In this document: one piece after another, positions 53,701 to 64,000 of the stretch | Numbering within the stretch: the first letter of the stretch is position 1 | How the letters are laid out: each line of letters begins with the position of its first letter | From: Octopus vulgaris | Taxonomy: Eukaryota | NCBI GenBank assembly: GCA_951406725.2 | Contig: OX597835.1 | Coordinates: 930,001-994,000 of the forward strand | Reading direction: 5' to 3' | Length of the DNA stretch: 64,000 bases | Translations under genes and position numbers: made by a program | The notes under the pieces: model-generated | The model's input: the letters and a program-made list of their open reading frames with translations, nothing else | What the model was told of the DNA's origin: nothing | Database searches by the model: none

Positions 53701-55424
53701 GCCATTCAAACTTCTGCGAATCGATGAATGAGAAACCATTTAGGAGCAAAATGTGAACTTTTGCTTTGCCCTCCCCACAAAATCTAAAGAATTAAGCTTA
53801 CATTTAGAAATTATTGTTATTAAATAATAAATCAGACACGAAATCAATAAAATAGCTATAAAGACGCCGGTGGATTTCTTTTAGCAGACTTTTCTATTAC
53901 AGTAATGCAGTTTTTATATTTTACATATAAGTTAAATGTAAAACATTTATAAGTTATATATATGGTGTTGTATCATATAACACCAAATACACGAACAGTT
54001 ATTTGATTGTAACAGAGTTAGGTAAACTCGGATTATTCTATCCATTATAGCAACGGAAGCGTGATTTGGCTGTTATTTCTGAATAGATCAAACATAAGGT
54101 TGACCCTGATTAAAATACACAATGGGATTATTATACAGAAATCTTGGATTAAAGCAATAGAAACTCATCAGATTATTATTTTGCCCCGCATTACTTGAAA
54201 CTAAATAGATTTTTTAGAACATATGTGTAAAAAAAAAATAATTTTAACAAAAACGGGGCCACGTTGAGGCAATTATTGAAATTCAGATAATAAACATAAA
54301 ACTAAACGAAAAGCAAATAAATCCTTAAAACAATGGATTTAACATTTTCTCGCTCGTTCATTGTATTTTGTTGTATTTTGCTTTTTCAGAGATTTATTAT
54401 TTCTCAACGTTGTTTTTAAGCAAACACAAGTCAGAGCTTATCGAGCAAATATAAGGCAATCCCGTTGTGACCAACTCAACTTTCTATTTAGATATAACAT
54501 GTGTGTAAAGACATTATCTAAAATGCTTTTTCCTTTCAAAAAACGAAGTTGATTCAGTCCACTTGGCTGCTATGTCTAGCAAATTAACTGACGTACAATG
54601 AAGCCAACTAATTTTCGTAACTTTTTGCGTAGATCAAAATTAAATATACACAAATATTTCGTTTGTTTGGTTAAGTTGTGATTTCGATACATTTTTTTTA
54701 TGTTGTTTAGAACAGAAAAGAAATAAATGTAAAATATTTGGTTAAACCAAAATATTTGTTTAATATTAGAAAAATTCTAACAAAAGAATTGGATTTCTTT
54801 TCCCATTTTCCTGCCTCGAATTATGTCGACATAATTATCTTGGAGATAATTCTCTCGTCTTTAATCTCAATCTTAAAATATTAGGCACAAATCTATTATT
54901 ATCTCGATCATCGTTTATTTTCGTCCCCTTATTTCTAACTCTTGAGGGAAATAAAAGAAAAACCACCAAAATCGTTAATATTTCCACAAACCCCGACAGA
55001 ATAAAGTTCTGGGCTGGTTTGATCTAAAAGCATGCTGGATGTAAAATGCAATTATAAAGACGGAAATTTTAAACCAAAAATCCATAAAATGCTACAAAAA
55101 CAAACAATAAACAATAAAGATATCAGTAAAAAAATATATATACATATGTGTGTAAGATTTGCAGCGTGTATAAGCATGTGCGTGTATATATGTATATATA
55201 TATACAGAAACACACATGTAAACGCGTGTGCGTGTATATATATTGTATATATATACTGTGTATGCATGTGTATGAATGTATTTATATATGTTTATGGATA
55301 CAGAATCAGTGAACTGGACGGTGCGACTACACACGCCGCTGTAGGCATGCCAAAACCTTATACCATGGTCGTATCCTCCAGTCACCAAAATGACAGGGTC
55401 TGCAGAATTGGGTGGGTTGTTCAT
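35297..55424 (-). CDS. MLST8: Target of rapamycin complex subunit LST8 (WD40), complement join(55302..55424,49807..49858,48024..48186,46076..46151,44097..44171,41098..41175,38175..38299,36750..36892,35297..35415), 317 aa
   Basis: Nine GT-AG exons with consistent phases translate to [17 protein letters not shown]...[11 protein letters not shown]...GFQHIRMFD...[11 protein letters not shown]...[10 protein letters not shown]...CMFSPDS...[26 protein letters not shown]...GHQKA. This is colinear with known mLST8. Confidence 0.96.
35959..36184. repeat. Foldback of about 100-bp arms, each arm carrying a hammerhead-like motif (mLST8 last intron)
   Basis: The arms are reverse complements around about 36072. 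Plus-strand motif at 36091-36151, minus-strand motif at 35999-36058. Confidence 0.85.
36091..36151 (+). ncRNA. Type I hammerhead-like motif
   Basis: gataa-CTGAAGA-gatg...catc-c-GAAA-ctc-a-gagT-T-ttatc. One extra C at the base of stem II. Confidence 0.55.
36508..36660 (+). mobile_element. RTE-LINE 3' tail copy ending in (GAT)n
   Basis: Matches 1788-1935. Further copies at 37470-37625 (-), 40625-40815 (-), 43460-43520 (-), 56415-56622 (+) and 61000-61250 (-). Confidence 0.8.
36750..36892 (-). CDS. MLST8: mLST8 coding exon 8
   Basis: [16 protein letters not shown]...[16 protein letters not shown], flanked by ttccag and gtaagg. Confidence 0.93.
38175..38299 (-). CDS. MLST8: mLST8 coding exon 7
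   Basis: [10 protein letters not shown]...[15 protein letters not shown], flanked by ttgcag and gtaaga. Confidence 0.93.
38900..39400 (+). mobile_element. Decayed CR1-group LINE 3' fragment
   Basis: [28 protein letters not shown]...AFKN-type C-terminal ORF2 peptide. Confidence 0.55.
40157..40381 (+). mobile_element. SINE family B, young copy
   Basis: CpGs retained and a perfect 23-bp flanking duplication tagaaacagttcttctcagctag (40134-40156 and 40382-40404). Confidence 0.85.
41098..41175 (-). CDS. MLST8: mLST8 coding exon 6
   Basis: [26 protein letters not shown], flanked by tttag and gtgagt. Confidence 0.92.
41580..41957 (-). mobile_element. SINE family A
   Basis: Reverse complement of 61258-61650 with a collapsed centre. 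Confidence 0.8.
42263..42481. mobile_element. piggyBac-like MITE (second copy at about 26840-27060)
   Basis: TTAA|CCCTTTAGC...GCTAAAGGG|TCAA termini. Internal sequence is shared with 26840-27060. Confidence 0.65.
43042..43352 (+). mobile_element. tRNA-derived SINE family C
   Basis: Pol III A box TGGCCCAGTGG, B box GTTTCGATTCC and TSD agaaaatcaat. Paralogue at 62600-62900. Confidence 0.8.
44097..44171 (-). CDS. MLST8: mLST8 coding exon 5
   Basis: [25 protein letters not shown], flanked by tttatag and gtaagt. Confidence 0.92.
44358..45149. repeat. About 790-bp quasi-palindrome (foldback) in mLST8 intron 4
   Basis: ctctgtgtgtcttttacaagttcaaaata... pairs with ...tattttgaacttgtaaaagacacacagag. 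The arms pair with mismatches up to a loop of about 16 nt at 44743-44758. Confidence 0.9.
45520..45963 (+). mobile_element. R2/R4-group LINE fragment (restriction-like endonuclease domain)
   Basis: [19 protein letters not shown]...EVEKYQEQA...[12 protein letters not shown], an RLE-domain pattern. Confidence 0.7.
46076..46151 (-). CDS. MLST8: mLST8 coding exon 4
   Basis: [25 protein letters not shown], flanked by tttag and gtaaat. Confidence 0.93.
46175..46380 (-). mobile_element. SINE family B
   Basis: Reverse complement of the family B core, about 25 nt from the mLST8 exon 4 acceptor. Confidence 0.75.
48024..48186 (-). CDS. MLST8: mLST8 coding exon 3
   Basis: GFQHIRMFD...[15 protein letters not shown], donor gtgagt. 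Confidence 0.93.
49807..49858 (-). CDS. MLST8: mLST8 coding exon 2 (52 nt)
   Basis: ttcttcag|[18 protein letters not shown]|gtatgt. Confidence 0.92.
50715..51504 (-). mobile_element. Tc1/mariner (maT-like) deletion derivative
   Basis: TA|CAGGGT...CCCTG|TA termini and the peptide [10 protein letters not shown]...IWPSNSP. Confidence 0.8.
51513..52356 (-). mobile_element. mariner transposase fossil
   Basis: [22 protein letters not shown] and [11 protein letters not shown]...RRKRPEL. Confidence 0.8.
52363..52516. repeat. Loopless palindrome containing two opposed hammerhead motifs (mLST8 intron 1)
   Basis: 52391-52486 is a near-perfect palindrome centred on aatgcatt. Outer arms are gtgtccattataacct and aggttataacggacac. 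Confidence 0.9.
52437..52475 (+). ncRNA. Minimal type I hammerhead ribozyme, U3-A8 core variant
   Basis: tgca-TTGATAA-aggg-caaata-ccct-GAA-acatgt-C-tgta: all three stems pair, stem III is palindromic and the cleavage triplet is GUC. Confidence 0.65.
53207..53386 (-). mobile_element. SINE family B nested in an older copy
   Basis: 14-bp TSD ctacaacaaatact (53193-53206 and 53387-53400). Confidence 0.7.
55302..55424 (-). CDS. MLST8: mLST8 coding exon 1
   Basis: [41 protein letters not shown], donor gtatcc (phase 0). Confidence 0.9.
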
Positions 55425-56179
55425 GGAAGCCTCTTCTACTCTTCGTCGTACGTATTCACCTCGCATCCTTCTCTGATCACTCATCACCTACAACGACGAG
55501 CAAAAACGCTGCCAGAATTCAAAGGTAAAAATAACAAAACGGAGACGGAGGGAGGAATGAGGAGCGTGTACGTACAGTTACACATTCACACACGCAACCA
55601 CCAACTTCCTCGTACGTACGGACACAGAAACTATTACACGCACATGCATATTTATAAGGAAACACTGGCTCTTGAGAACACACAAAAAGAAATAGGCACG
55701 TATTGTAATAGGTGTGTGTAAATGTATGTATTATGTGTATATATATATATTTATGTATATATGTTTATGTATATATATATTTGTGTTTATGTTTATATAT
55801 ATGTTAATGTATATATATATATATATTTATGTATATATATATATATATATATTTATGTATATAGGAAAAATAGAACTGAAGATATGTGTATATGTATATT
55901 TTTATTAATATTTAGCAGAAACAACAAAATGGTTCAAGGTCTCAGAGTTCCGTACGTTGACAATTATCAAATTTTGGTTAAGTGCCAACTCACGTACACC
56001 TATATAGTGCCCCAGCATGACCACAGCATTTGAACTGAAACGCATAAAATATATGTATATGTATGTATATTTAAACACACACATGAAAATATATATATAT
56101 ATATAAATATATATATATATAAATAAATATACATACATATAAATATACATGTAAACATACATAGATAAATATATTTATA

Positions 56180-56795
56180 TTCTCTTTACTCTCTTTTAGT
56201 TCTTTCAGTCATTTGACTGCGGCCATGCTGGAGCACCACCTTTAGTCGAGCAAATTGACCCCAGGACTTATTCTTTATAAGCCTAGTATTTATTCTATCA
56301 GGTTCTTTTGCTGAACCGCTACATTACAGGGACATAAACACACCAGCATCGGTTGTCAAGCGATGTTGTGGGGACAAACACAGACACACAAGCATAAACA
56401 CACACATACATAATACATAAGCACCAACCTACGTGGCCATTGCCAGCCTCGCCTGGCAAGTAAAAAGCACTCATGAGTGGTTGGCGTTAGGAAGGGCATC
56501 CAGCTGTAGAAACGCTGCCAGATCAGACTGGGCCTGGTGCAGCCTCCTGGCTTCCCAGACCCCGGTCGAACCGTCCAACCCATGCTAGCATGGAAAGCGG
56601 ACGTTAAACGATGATGATGATGATATATATATATATATATGCGTATATATATACAACGGGCTTCTTTCAGTTTCCGTTTTTACCAAATCCACTCACAAGG
56701 CTTTGGTCGGCCCAAGGCTATAGTAGAAGACACTTGCCCAAGGTGCCACATAGTGGGACTGAACCCAGAACCATGTGGCTGTTAAGCAAGCTACT
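56180..56795 (-). mobile_element. SINE family A interrupted by an RTE 3' tail (about 56415-56622)
   Basis: The two halves of the SINE flank a plus-strand RTE tail at the central microsatellite. Confidence 0.75.
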
Positions 56796-57059
56796 TTATT
56801 TTATTCAATTTGCCATAAAGGCAGTACATTGAGTAAAGTAGCTTGCGGGCTGAATATGGACATTAATGAGGTGAATGATAATGATAGAAGGATGATAAGG
56901 ATGGGAGAAGATAAAAAGCACCCGTCGACTTTTGCTTCTCTAAAACATTGTTCTTTTTAAAACCACTGAATGAGGTATGAACCCTCTTACAATTTTATTA
57001 CACTTTATGGACTAAAAAGTCCATTACAATTATAAACAATTTAATAGGCGATAAACCTA

Positions 57060-57820
57060 TTGCACAAATGAGTCCCTCATAAACTTTCTTGCCTACTGCA
57101 GGCATTCCAGCAGCCGCAAGTTGGGGGCCCATAAACAAGATCTATACTCTTCCTTTGAGGAGTCCATTATATGATAGAAGTTCCTTTCTTCCAGTACCCG
57201 AGCAGCCACCTGTGGAGGCCACTCTGGAATACAAGTCGAGTCTATCAGGTCCCGACTATTAAAGGAACTTTCTATATAATTCTCTATAGCGCCTCCCCTG
57301 AAATAGATCACATATTCTTCATAATTTCCACTGGGAGGGGCCTTCTTCTTCCCCCACTCTGGTGGCACACGTCCCACTGAAGGAGTTTCGAAACATGCCG
57401 CCGGTGCACCAGCAACCACCAGCGGTGCCCCGTTTTTCTTCTTCCTTTTTTGCTTTATGTTTACGACGAGAGGGTGAAGTTCCTCCATCATGTTTGGAAG
57501 TCCCTCCTTCCCTCCCGCTGCCTCAGGATCCATTGTTGCCCACCTTCTTTCTTTTCTTCCCTTTTGTTTTCGAGGGGGTCACCTCCTCCTCGACTTTCTC
57601 TTCCTCCTCTCCCTCCGTTAGAGATTCAGGAGCCCATCTTGGGGGAACAGGGAGATCTTCTTCTATTAACTGCTCCAGTACCCTTGCTTGGTTCCTGGAG
57701 CAGTTCTTCTTTATGTGGCCCAAGTCTAGGCACAGGTGACACTTGGGGGAGGGGCGTCCCTCAAGAATCACTGGATACCTAGAACCGGCCATCTTTAGGA
57801 AATCTGGAAAAGCCAGATCT
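57060..57820 (-). mobile_element. L1/Tx1-type LINE ORF1 fragment (CCHC zinc knuckle)
   Basis: YPVILEGRPSPKCHLCLDLGHIKKNC followed by acidic and basic low-complexity sequence. Confidence 0.65.
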
Positions 57821-57939
57821 TTGGCTGATTGTTTTTATATATATATATTTAAATATGTATATATATAATAAATATATATATATTTAAATATATATATATA
57901 TATATATAATAAATATATATATATTTATATATATGTATA

Positions 57940-58043
57940 TTGATAAAAATGGTAAGACAACAAAATGAAAGAGACCTCAATATTATGTAAATAGAGGAAT
58001 TTATCTGTAAACCAAATAATTGTCACATATTACATTTACAGAT
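57940..58043 (+). repeat. Paralogue of the 35893-36184 element lacking the hairpin interior
   Basis: Shares aaatggtaagacaacaaaa...gaggaatttatctgtaa, then jumps directly to accaaataattgtcac. Confidence 0.75.
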
Positions 58044-58599
58044 ATTATATATATATATATATATATATATACTTTATATATATATAAATATATCTCTTTA
58101 TATATATATATATATATATATATCTATTCCAAGAAAGTTAGAGGTTGTGAATCCAACCCACTAAGGGATAATATCTATCCAATATACTGCTGGTAGAATA
58201 CCCAATCATTAATACACAACTGTTTTTTATTGCATTGCAATTGCATCACCAAGTGTACTAAATGGGTGAAGGTAAAGAGTTATTTTACCATTAATTTATA
58301 GAGCAATAAGAAAATGGAGGGGATCAATAGGTGGTTCATCAACTTTTAGACAATTACAAGAATATACATACATGTATAGCATTATGCTTTACATATAAAA
58401 TATATTAATATATAAAGATACCAGTAATTATTGAAATATAAGATACAGGAATATAAATTGGGAAAATATCTTGCAGCTGTTTCATCCAGGAGGCAAAAAT
58501 ACCTCATTCTACCTTTATCTCTCCAGTAGACTGAAGTAATTAGTAGGTGAAATCGAAGTACTTGGGTGTTTCTCTAGGCTTCATCTACTGGAGGAATAA

Positions 58600-59355
58600 A
58601 GGTAAATCCTGAAAGCAACTTGGGCCTGCTACTTTGTATAGAAGAAGATGGAGATGAAAGCACTCAGTCTGATTTGGGTTCACTGTATAAACGTGCCCAA
58701 GGCAATCATCAAACTTAATGCTTTCCTTCAGTTTTACCTGTCTTCCTTCTCCTCCACATCTTGTTGTTCCAGGTGTAGTAGGATGGAACTTGTGGGTAAA
58801 GGAGTGTCCATGCAAAAGGATCAACCTGACAAAGTTTTAAAATGCAGTAAGCGTAGTATCCGATGGAGCCTGTGCTACCTGGGCAGCAGTGGCTTCACTG
58901 AAATACATTCTTTGGCCGTTTTCCAGATGGACAGCAAAGCTGAACAATGGCAGAATTCCTTTCGTGTCTTGGAAACCCAAAAGTACACCAAAACACTTCA
59001 TTTGCTACTTATGTATCGTGCAGCCTGGTTGCACCGAACGATCGTTCCTCACTCCGTTTACCCGCAAGAGGGTGTTATTTTTGCCCATTAGTAACATGCA
59101 CTCACGTACTCTGAAACACACATACGCATATGCAAACTTCTGCTGTTCACCCATGCCCAAATGTTATTCCTCCTGCCATTTACCCGAACATTTTTTCGAA
59201 ATCTATTTATACTTAAAACCTCCCCAGACACAAAAGCAATGTGCATGTGAAGTTTAAGAAAAATCGGTTGAGCTGTTCTGGTGCAAAACGAGGACATACC
59301 GATACACACACTACACACACACACACAGATATTTTCAGTTTTAATATGTAAGATA
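58600..59355 (-). mobile_element. Helitron fragment (RepHel peptide + terminal region)
   Basis: GHVYTVNPNQTECFHLHLLLYKVAGPSCFQDL resembles the conserved RepHel linker. 59200-59355 resembles the terminus at 62430-62532. Confidence 0.65.
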
Positions 59356-59749
59356 TATATACAATGAAAATATGTGGAAAACATATATAAAAAAGGGGGA
59401 GAAAAATGCCTTCATTTTGAATGGTTTTAATATCTTTTTATAAAAGAAGTAAATATATATGTTATGGATGGTAAAAGTCTCATAAATTTAGTGATATCTA
59501 ACAGGTTTTCGTTATTTAAATTAGCTTTTCAAGGGACATTGTGAAGTAATAACTCCATGAGGCAAGGAATCCTGCCATTTTGGATTTCTTGAGAAATAAA
59601 AATGGAGAGAGTGGATAAAGGGAGGGAACAGGTGGCAAGGAGGATAATTGCCTGCTCAGCATTATCCCACCCCACCCAACATAAACTAGCTCATTCAGAT
59701 TCCCCTACCTCATATTTTAATACCTTGCCAAAATACTGAAATAAACACT

Positions 59750-60897
59750 GAATATGTGCAGAAAACAGCTTCCAGGGGGACGTAAATGTGCAGAAAACGT
59801 CACATTCCAGGGGGAAAAACTACAAGTAGATGATAGCTTCCATTACCTAGGTGACCAAGTCAGTAGCAGGGGTGGATGCTCTGAGTGTCGCTGCTAGAAT
59901 AAGAATAGTCTGGCCTAAGTTCAGAGAGCTTCTGCTGATGAGAAAAGGCCTCTCGCTCAGAGTTAAAGGTAGAGTGTATGTTGCATATGTATGAACAGCC
60001 ATGCTACATGGGGTGTGACTGGTGAGGACATGCGTAAGCTTGCAAGGAATGAAGTTATTATGCTCTGTTGGATGTGTAATGTCAGTGTGCATACACAACA
60101 GAGTGTAAGTATCCTGAGAGAAAAGTTGGACTTAAGAAGCATCAGATGTGGTGTGCAAGAGAGAAGACTGTGCTGGTATGATCATGTGTTGTGTATGGAT
60201 GAGGACAGGTGTGTGACAAACTGTCACACCTGGGCAGTAGAGGGAACCAGTGGAAGAGGTAGACCCAAAAAGACCTGAGATGAGATGGTGAAGTACGACC
60301 TTTGAACGATGAGCCTCACCGAGGCGATGACAAGTGACTGAGACCTTTGGAGATATGCTGTGCTTGAGAAGACCCGGCAAGCCAAGTGAGACCGTAACCA
60401 TGGCCTATGCCAGTGCATTTAAGAGTACCCTTCAATCATTGAGGAATAAACTTCACTTGCGAAGACCTGTTGAGGCAAGTGAAATCATTGTTGTGGCTGA
60501 TTGGCATCTGTGCTGGTGGCACATAAAATGCACCATTCAAGCGTGGTCGATGCCAGTGCCATCTGACTGGTCCCATGCCGGTGACACATTAACAGCACCA
60601 TTCGTGTGTGGCCATTGCCAGTGCTGCCTGACTGGCTCCTGTGCTGGTGGCATGTAAAAAGCACCATTCAAGCATGGTTGATGCCAGTACTGCCTGACTG
60701 GCCCTCATGCTGGTGGTATGTAAAAAGTACCCACTATACTGAGTGGTTGGCGTTAGGAAGGGCATCCAGTGGTAGGAATTTTGCCAGATTGGATTGGAGC
60801 CAGGTACAGCCTTTTGGCTTGCCAGCTCTCAGTCAAACTGTCCAACCCATGCCAGCATGGAAAGCAGATGTTAAATGAAGATGATGATGATGATGAT
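59750..60897 (+). mobile_element. RTE-clade LINE 3' part (paralogue of 625-1935)
   Basis: LREKLDLRSIRCGVQERRLCWY...GRGRPKKT, tandem 3'UTR units and a (GAT)n tail. Confidence 0.85.
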
Positions 60898-61257
60898 ATA
60901 TATATATTCATATCAAACATTAAAAATAACAAATAACAAAACAACAAGGACATACAGACAGAATGTATTAACTTGATGCTCAGTAAAGGTGAAACACACA
61001 TCATCATCATCGTTTAGCATCCGCTTTCCATGCTAGCATGGGTTGGACGGTTCAACTGGGGTCTGGGAAGCCAGAAGGCTGCACCAGGCTCCAGTCTGAT
61101 CTGGCAATGTTTCTATGGCTGGATGCCCTTCCTAACGCCAACCACTCCGTGAGTGTAGTGGGTGCTTTTTATGTGCCACCTGCACAGGTGCCAGACGAGG
61201 CTGGCAAACAGCCACGATCGGATGGTGCTTTTTACATGCCACCGGCTCACAAATATG

Positions 61258-61650
61258 CATAGGAGTGGCTGTGTGATAAGTAGCTTGCTTACCAACCACA
61301 TGGTTCCGGGTTCAGTCCCACTGCATGGCACCTTGGGCAAGTGTCTTCTAATATAGCCTCGGGCCAACCAAAGCCTTGTGAGTGGATTTGGTAGACGGAA
61401 ACTGAAAGAAGCCCATCGTATATATATATGTGTGTGTGTGTATGTTTGTGTGTCTGTGTTTGTCCCCCCAACATCGCTTGACAACCGATGCTGGTGTGTT
61501 TATGTCCCCGTAACTTAGCGGTTCGGCAAAAAAGACCGATAGAATAAGTACTAGGCTTACAAAGAATAAGTCGTGGGGTCGATTTGCTCGACTAAAGGTG
61601 GTGCTCCAGCATAGCCACAGTCAATTGACTGGAACAAGTAAAAGAATATA
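61258..61650 (+). mobile_element. SINE family A, full-length copy
   Basis: tRNA-like head (tggctgtgtg...gggttcagtccc), accttgggcaagtg box, central (TA)/(TG) microsatellite and a conserved 3' half. Confidence 0.85.
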
Positions 61651-62064
61651 TAAGAAGTAATTAAGATTCAGTTGAATTAGGTACTGAAGTTGAAGCACCA
61701 AGTCAATCCGTATTATTTGCACACCTCAAAGTAAGGTGGATAAAATCAAAATATGTAATGACTGCATTGTTCAATTAAATGGAGTTGCTTGCAACAGTTG
61801 TACTGCATTACTACTTGAAATTTTGTTATTTTGATTTTATATAAATATGCATGTATTTACTTACATATATAGACATATATTCCTATCTACCCGTCTTCAT
61901 ACACATATGTAGACATACAAACTTACATACGTATGTTTCAGTTTGCATCTACCAAATCTAGACCCTATATTAACAGATCCAAAAAATGTTCAGTGTGTTC
62001 TCTTGGAAAACTGTACTTCTCAAAATATTCCAACCTAGAATTAGTTATTATATATATATATATA

Positions 62065-62532
62065 CTAGCATTATGACCCGTCGTTGCCAGGTCATAGTGC
62101 TAGTGCATGTATATATGTGTATATATATATATGTGTACATATTACATGTACATCTATATATATACATCTACACATAAAATACAAAATACAAAGTTATATC
62201 TTGATATCGCTAGTGATAACAATACTCAAAATATGTAACAGACTGGAATTGTTAGCCCATCTCTTGTAATTTCAATCAATTGTATCTTGTCCTCCCTCTT
62301 GTATAGAAGTGTGGCTACAATCCAGCCTACCTCAACTTCTGGGGGGTGGGGACATTTTTAATTTTTATCCGGCATGTTCTACATCCCAGATATAAAGGTA
62401 AAAATAAAATATGAAACTACATGGACCCTAAGTAAGGCATGTGTAAAATTTGAATGAAATTGGTTGTGTAGTTCTCAAGTTTTAGGGAAACACACAGACA
62501 GACACACATTCTCAGTTTTATATATAGAGAGA
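62065..62532 (-). mobile_element. Non-autonomous Helitron-like element
   Basis: On the minus strand it starts TC, ends CTAG and has a subterminal hairpin ctagcattatgacc/ggtcatagtgctag. Confidence 0.55.
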
Positions 62533-62599
62533 TATATAGCGTCTGTAAACATAAATCCCAAAAAAGAAATACACTCTAAGTTATAGAGCAGTATATGTT

Positions 62600-62900
62600 A
62601 TGGAGGCACATGGCCTAGTGGTTAGAGCAGCAGACTCGCAGTCGAGGAATCGCGGGTTCGAATCTCAGACCGGGCAATGTGTGTGTTTATGAGTGAAACA
62701 CCTAAGCTCCACGCAGCTCCAGCAGAAGGTAATGGCAAACTTCTGCTGATTCTTTCGCCACAACTTTCTCACTCTTTCCTCCTGCATTTAGCAGCTGACC
62801 TGTGATGGATCAGCGTCCCGTTCAGGTGGGGAACCTATACACCAAGAAAACCGGGAAGCCGGCCCTTATGAGCCAGGCATAGCTCAAGAAGGAACAAACA
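62600..62900 (+). mobile_element. tRNA-derived SINE family C
   Basis: A box TGGCCTAGTGG, B box GGTTCGAATC. Paralogue of 43042-43352. Confidence 0.8.
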
Positions 62901-62929
62901 TATATTAAATTTAGATAAGGCTGGTTTAT

Positions 62930-62981
62930 GGGATTACCTTAGGTTTCATAGGTCTAACTTTATGGCATATCATCAGATCCC
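62930..62981 (-). ncRNA. Type I hammerhead ribozyme motif in the Penelope 3' pLTR
   Basis: gggat-CTGATGA-t-atg...tat-GAA-acct-a-aggt-A-atccc. Intact core, perfect 5-bp stem I, weak stem II, GUA triplet. Confidence 0.65.
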
Positions 62982-63540
62982 AAAATCTGTTGGTTAAAGG
63001 CCTCTCTTGAATATGACGGTTGAAAGGACCCTGTTATTCAATGTCAACAAAGGGGATTGTCTCTCCTTAGCTATCAATCACCGATGTCAACAAAGGGGAT
63101 TATATCTCTTTGGCTATCGATCACTGGTATTCTGTTATCCCATATGTTACAATAGGTTACCAGAAATTTCCTGAAGAGTAAGCACAGTCCAAAGACCTCC
63201 ATTCTGGAGTTCAGGATGTTTCCTGGGTCGAGGGATTCCTCTAGGGTCCTCGCCTATTCCATTATGCATAATTTATAGCAACTGGTCCTGTTAATTTAGG
63301 GGCCTAGATTTTCTCCATGATATTGTGTATGGAATTCTATCATCTATCAGCTGCCATATATGGTTGGCTAATGATGTGACGAATTCCCTTTCTGGTATCC
63401 TGAAGGAAGATCTGTGGTTGGAAAGGCATTGTTTGAACGAGTTCCTGGAACAACCGATGTATTGCCAGGGTCGAGTGTTGGCAGTGGTGTGCATGTTGGT
63501 ATTGGCCACTCACTAGAGAGGCATTTAGCCAACAGCTTTA

Positions 63541-63600
63541 GGGATCTGATGAAATGTCATAAAGCTAACCCCTTTCTGGACATGAAACCTAAGGTAACCC
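63541..63600 (+). ncRNA. Type I hammerhead ribozyme motif in the inverted pLTR copy
   Basis: gggat-CTGATGA-a-atgtc...gacat-GAA-acct-a-aggt-A-accc. Intact core, 5-bp stem II, 1-nt defect in stem I. Confidence 0.65.
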
Positions 63601-64000
63601 TTGTCTAACTTTAATATACATATATGTGTACATCGTGTGTGTGTGTGCGGGTATGAATAAATGTGCATGTGTATGGTTACATATATATGTGGGTGTATAT
63701 GCATGTGTTCCATGCGAGTGTGAGTGAGCATATGCATTATAGCATCTGCTTATTTTAGATGCGTATTTGAATATAATTGTGTGCATATGGGTATGTGCAC
63801 ATGTATGGTTGCATATATATATGTGCATATATAGGCGTATGTGTGAGTGTGCATGTATGTTTCGCGTGAGTGTGAGTGAGCATATGCATATAGGCACATG
63901 TACGTGGGTGTGTGTGCGCGCATGTGTATGTATGTACATACGCGATTTCTATGAGCATTTTTACTTGTTTACTTTCTCCCCTTCAGTTTTTCCCCTTATT

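Larger units (their letters stand above)
62903..63616 (-). mobile_element. 5'-truncated Penelope-like retroelement with inverted terminal pLTR segments
   Basis: ORF 63291-63509 QYIGCSRNSFKQCLSNHRSSF...TSLANHIWQL...YTISW (GIY-YIG endonuclease). 62903-63010 and 63513-63616 are inverted copies. Confidence 0.8.

Noticed and set aside
58470-58605. Minus-strand GAAACAGCTG motif and a short inverted repeat
   Set aside because: Core and stems are too degenerate to support a ribozyme call.
60505-60735. Repeat-spacer-like array resembling CRISPR (also 1550-1790)
   Set aside because: The spacers are homologous to each other, the array is part of an RTE LINE 3'UTR, the context is eukaryotic and there are no cas genes.

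Overview
AT-rich eukaryotic (animal) genomic DNA, most likely an octopus or related coleoid cephalopod. This assignment is inferred from the (TA)n-rich repeat landscape and the SINE/RTE families. Three protein-coding genes can be rebuilt with phase-consistent GT-AG junctions: TRAIP (RING E3 ligase, + strand, 3 coding exons, 422 aa), an intronless CpG-rich seipin/BSCL2 (+ strand, 409 aa) and mLST8 (- strand, 9 coding exons, 317 aa). The rest is transposon debris: tRNA-derived SINEs, RTE/CR1/Tx1/RLE-type LINE fragments, a BEL/Pao LTR element nested in a SINE, Tc1/mariner fossils and MITEs, Helitron pieces and Penelope-like elements. The most notable unannotated signal is a set of sequence-diverse minimal type I hammerhead-ribozyme folds, read by eye. 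Many sit in head-to-head foldback pairs and two lie in or beside Penelope GIY-YIG remnants. They include a U3-A8 covariant core and a recurrent A6U variant. Copies in the sense orientation of host introns carry core or stem lesions, while antisense or intergenic partners keep intact cores. Cleavage activity is untested.
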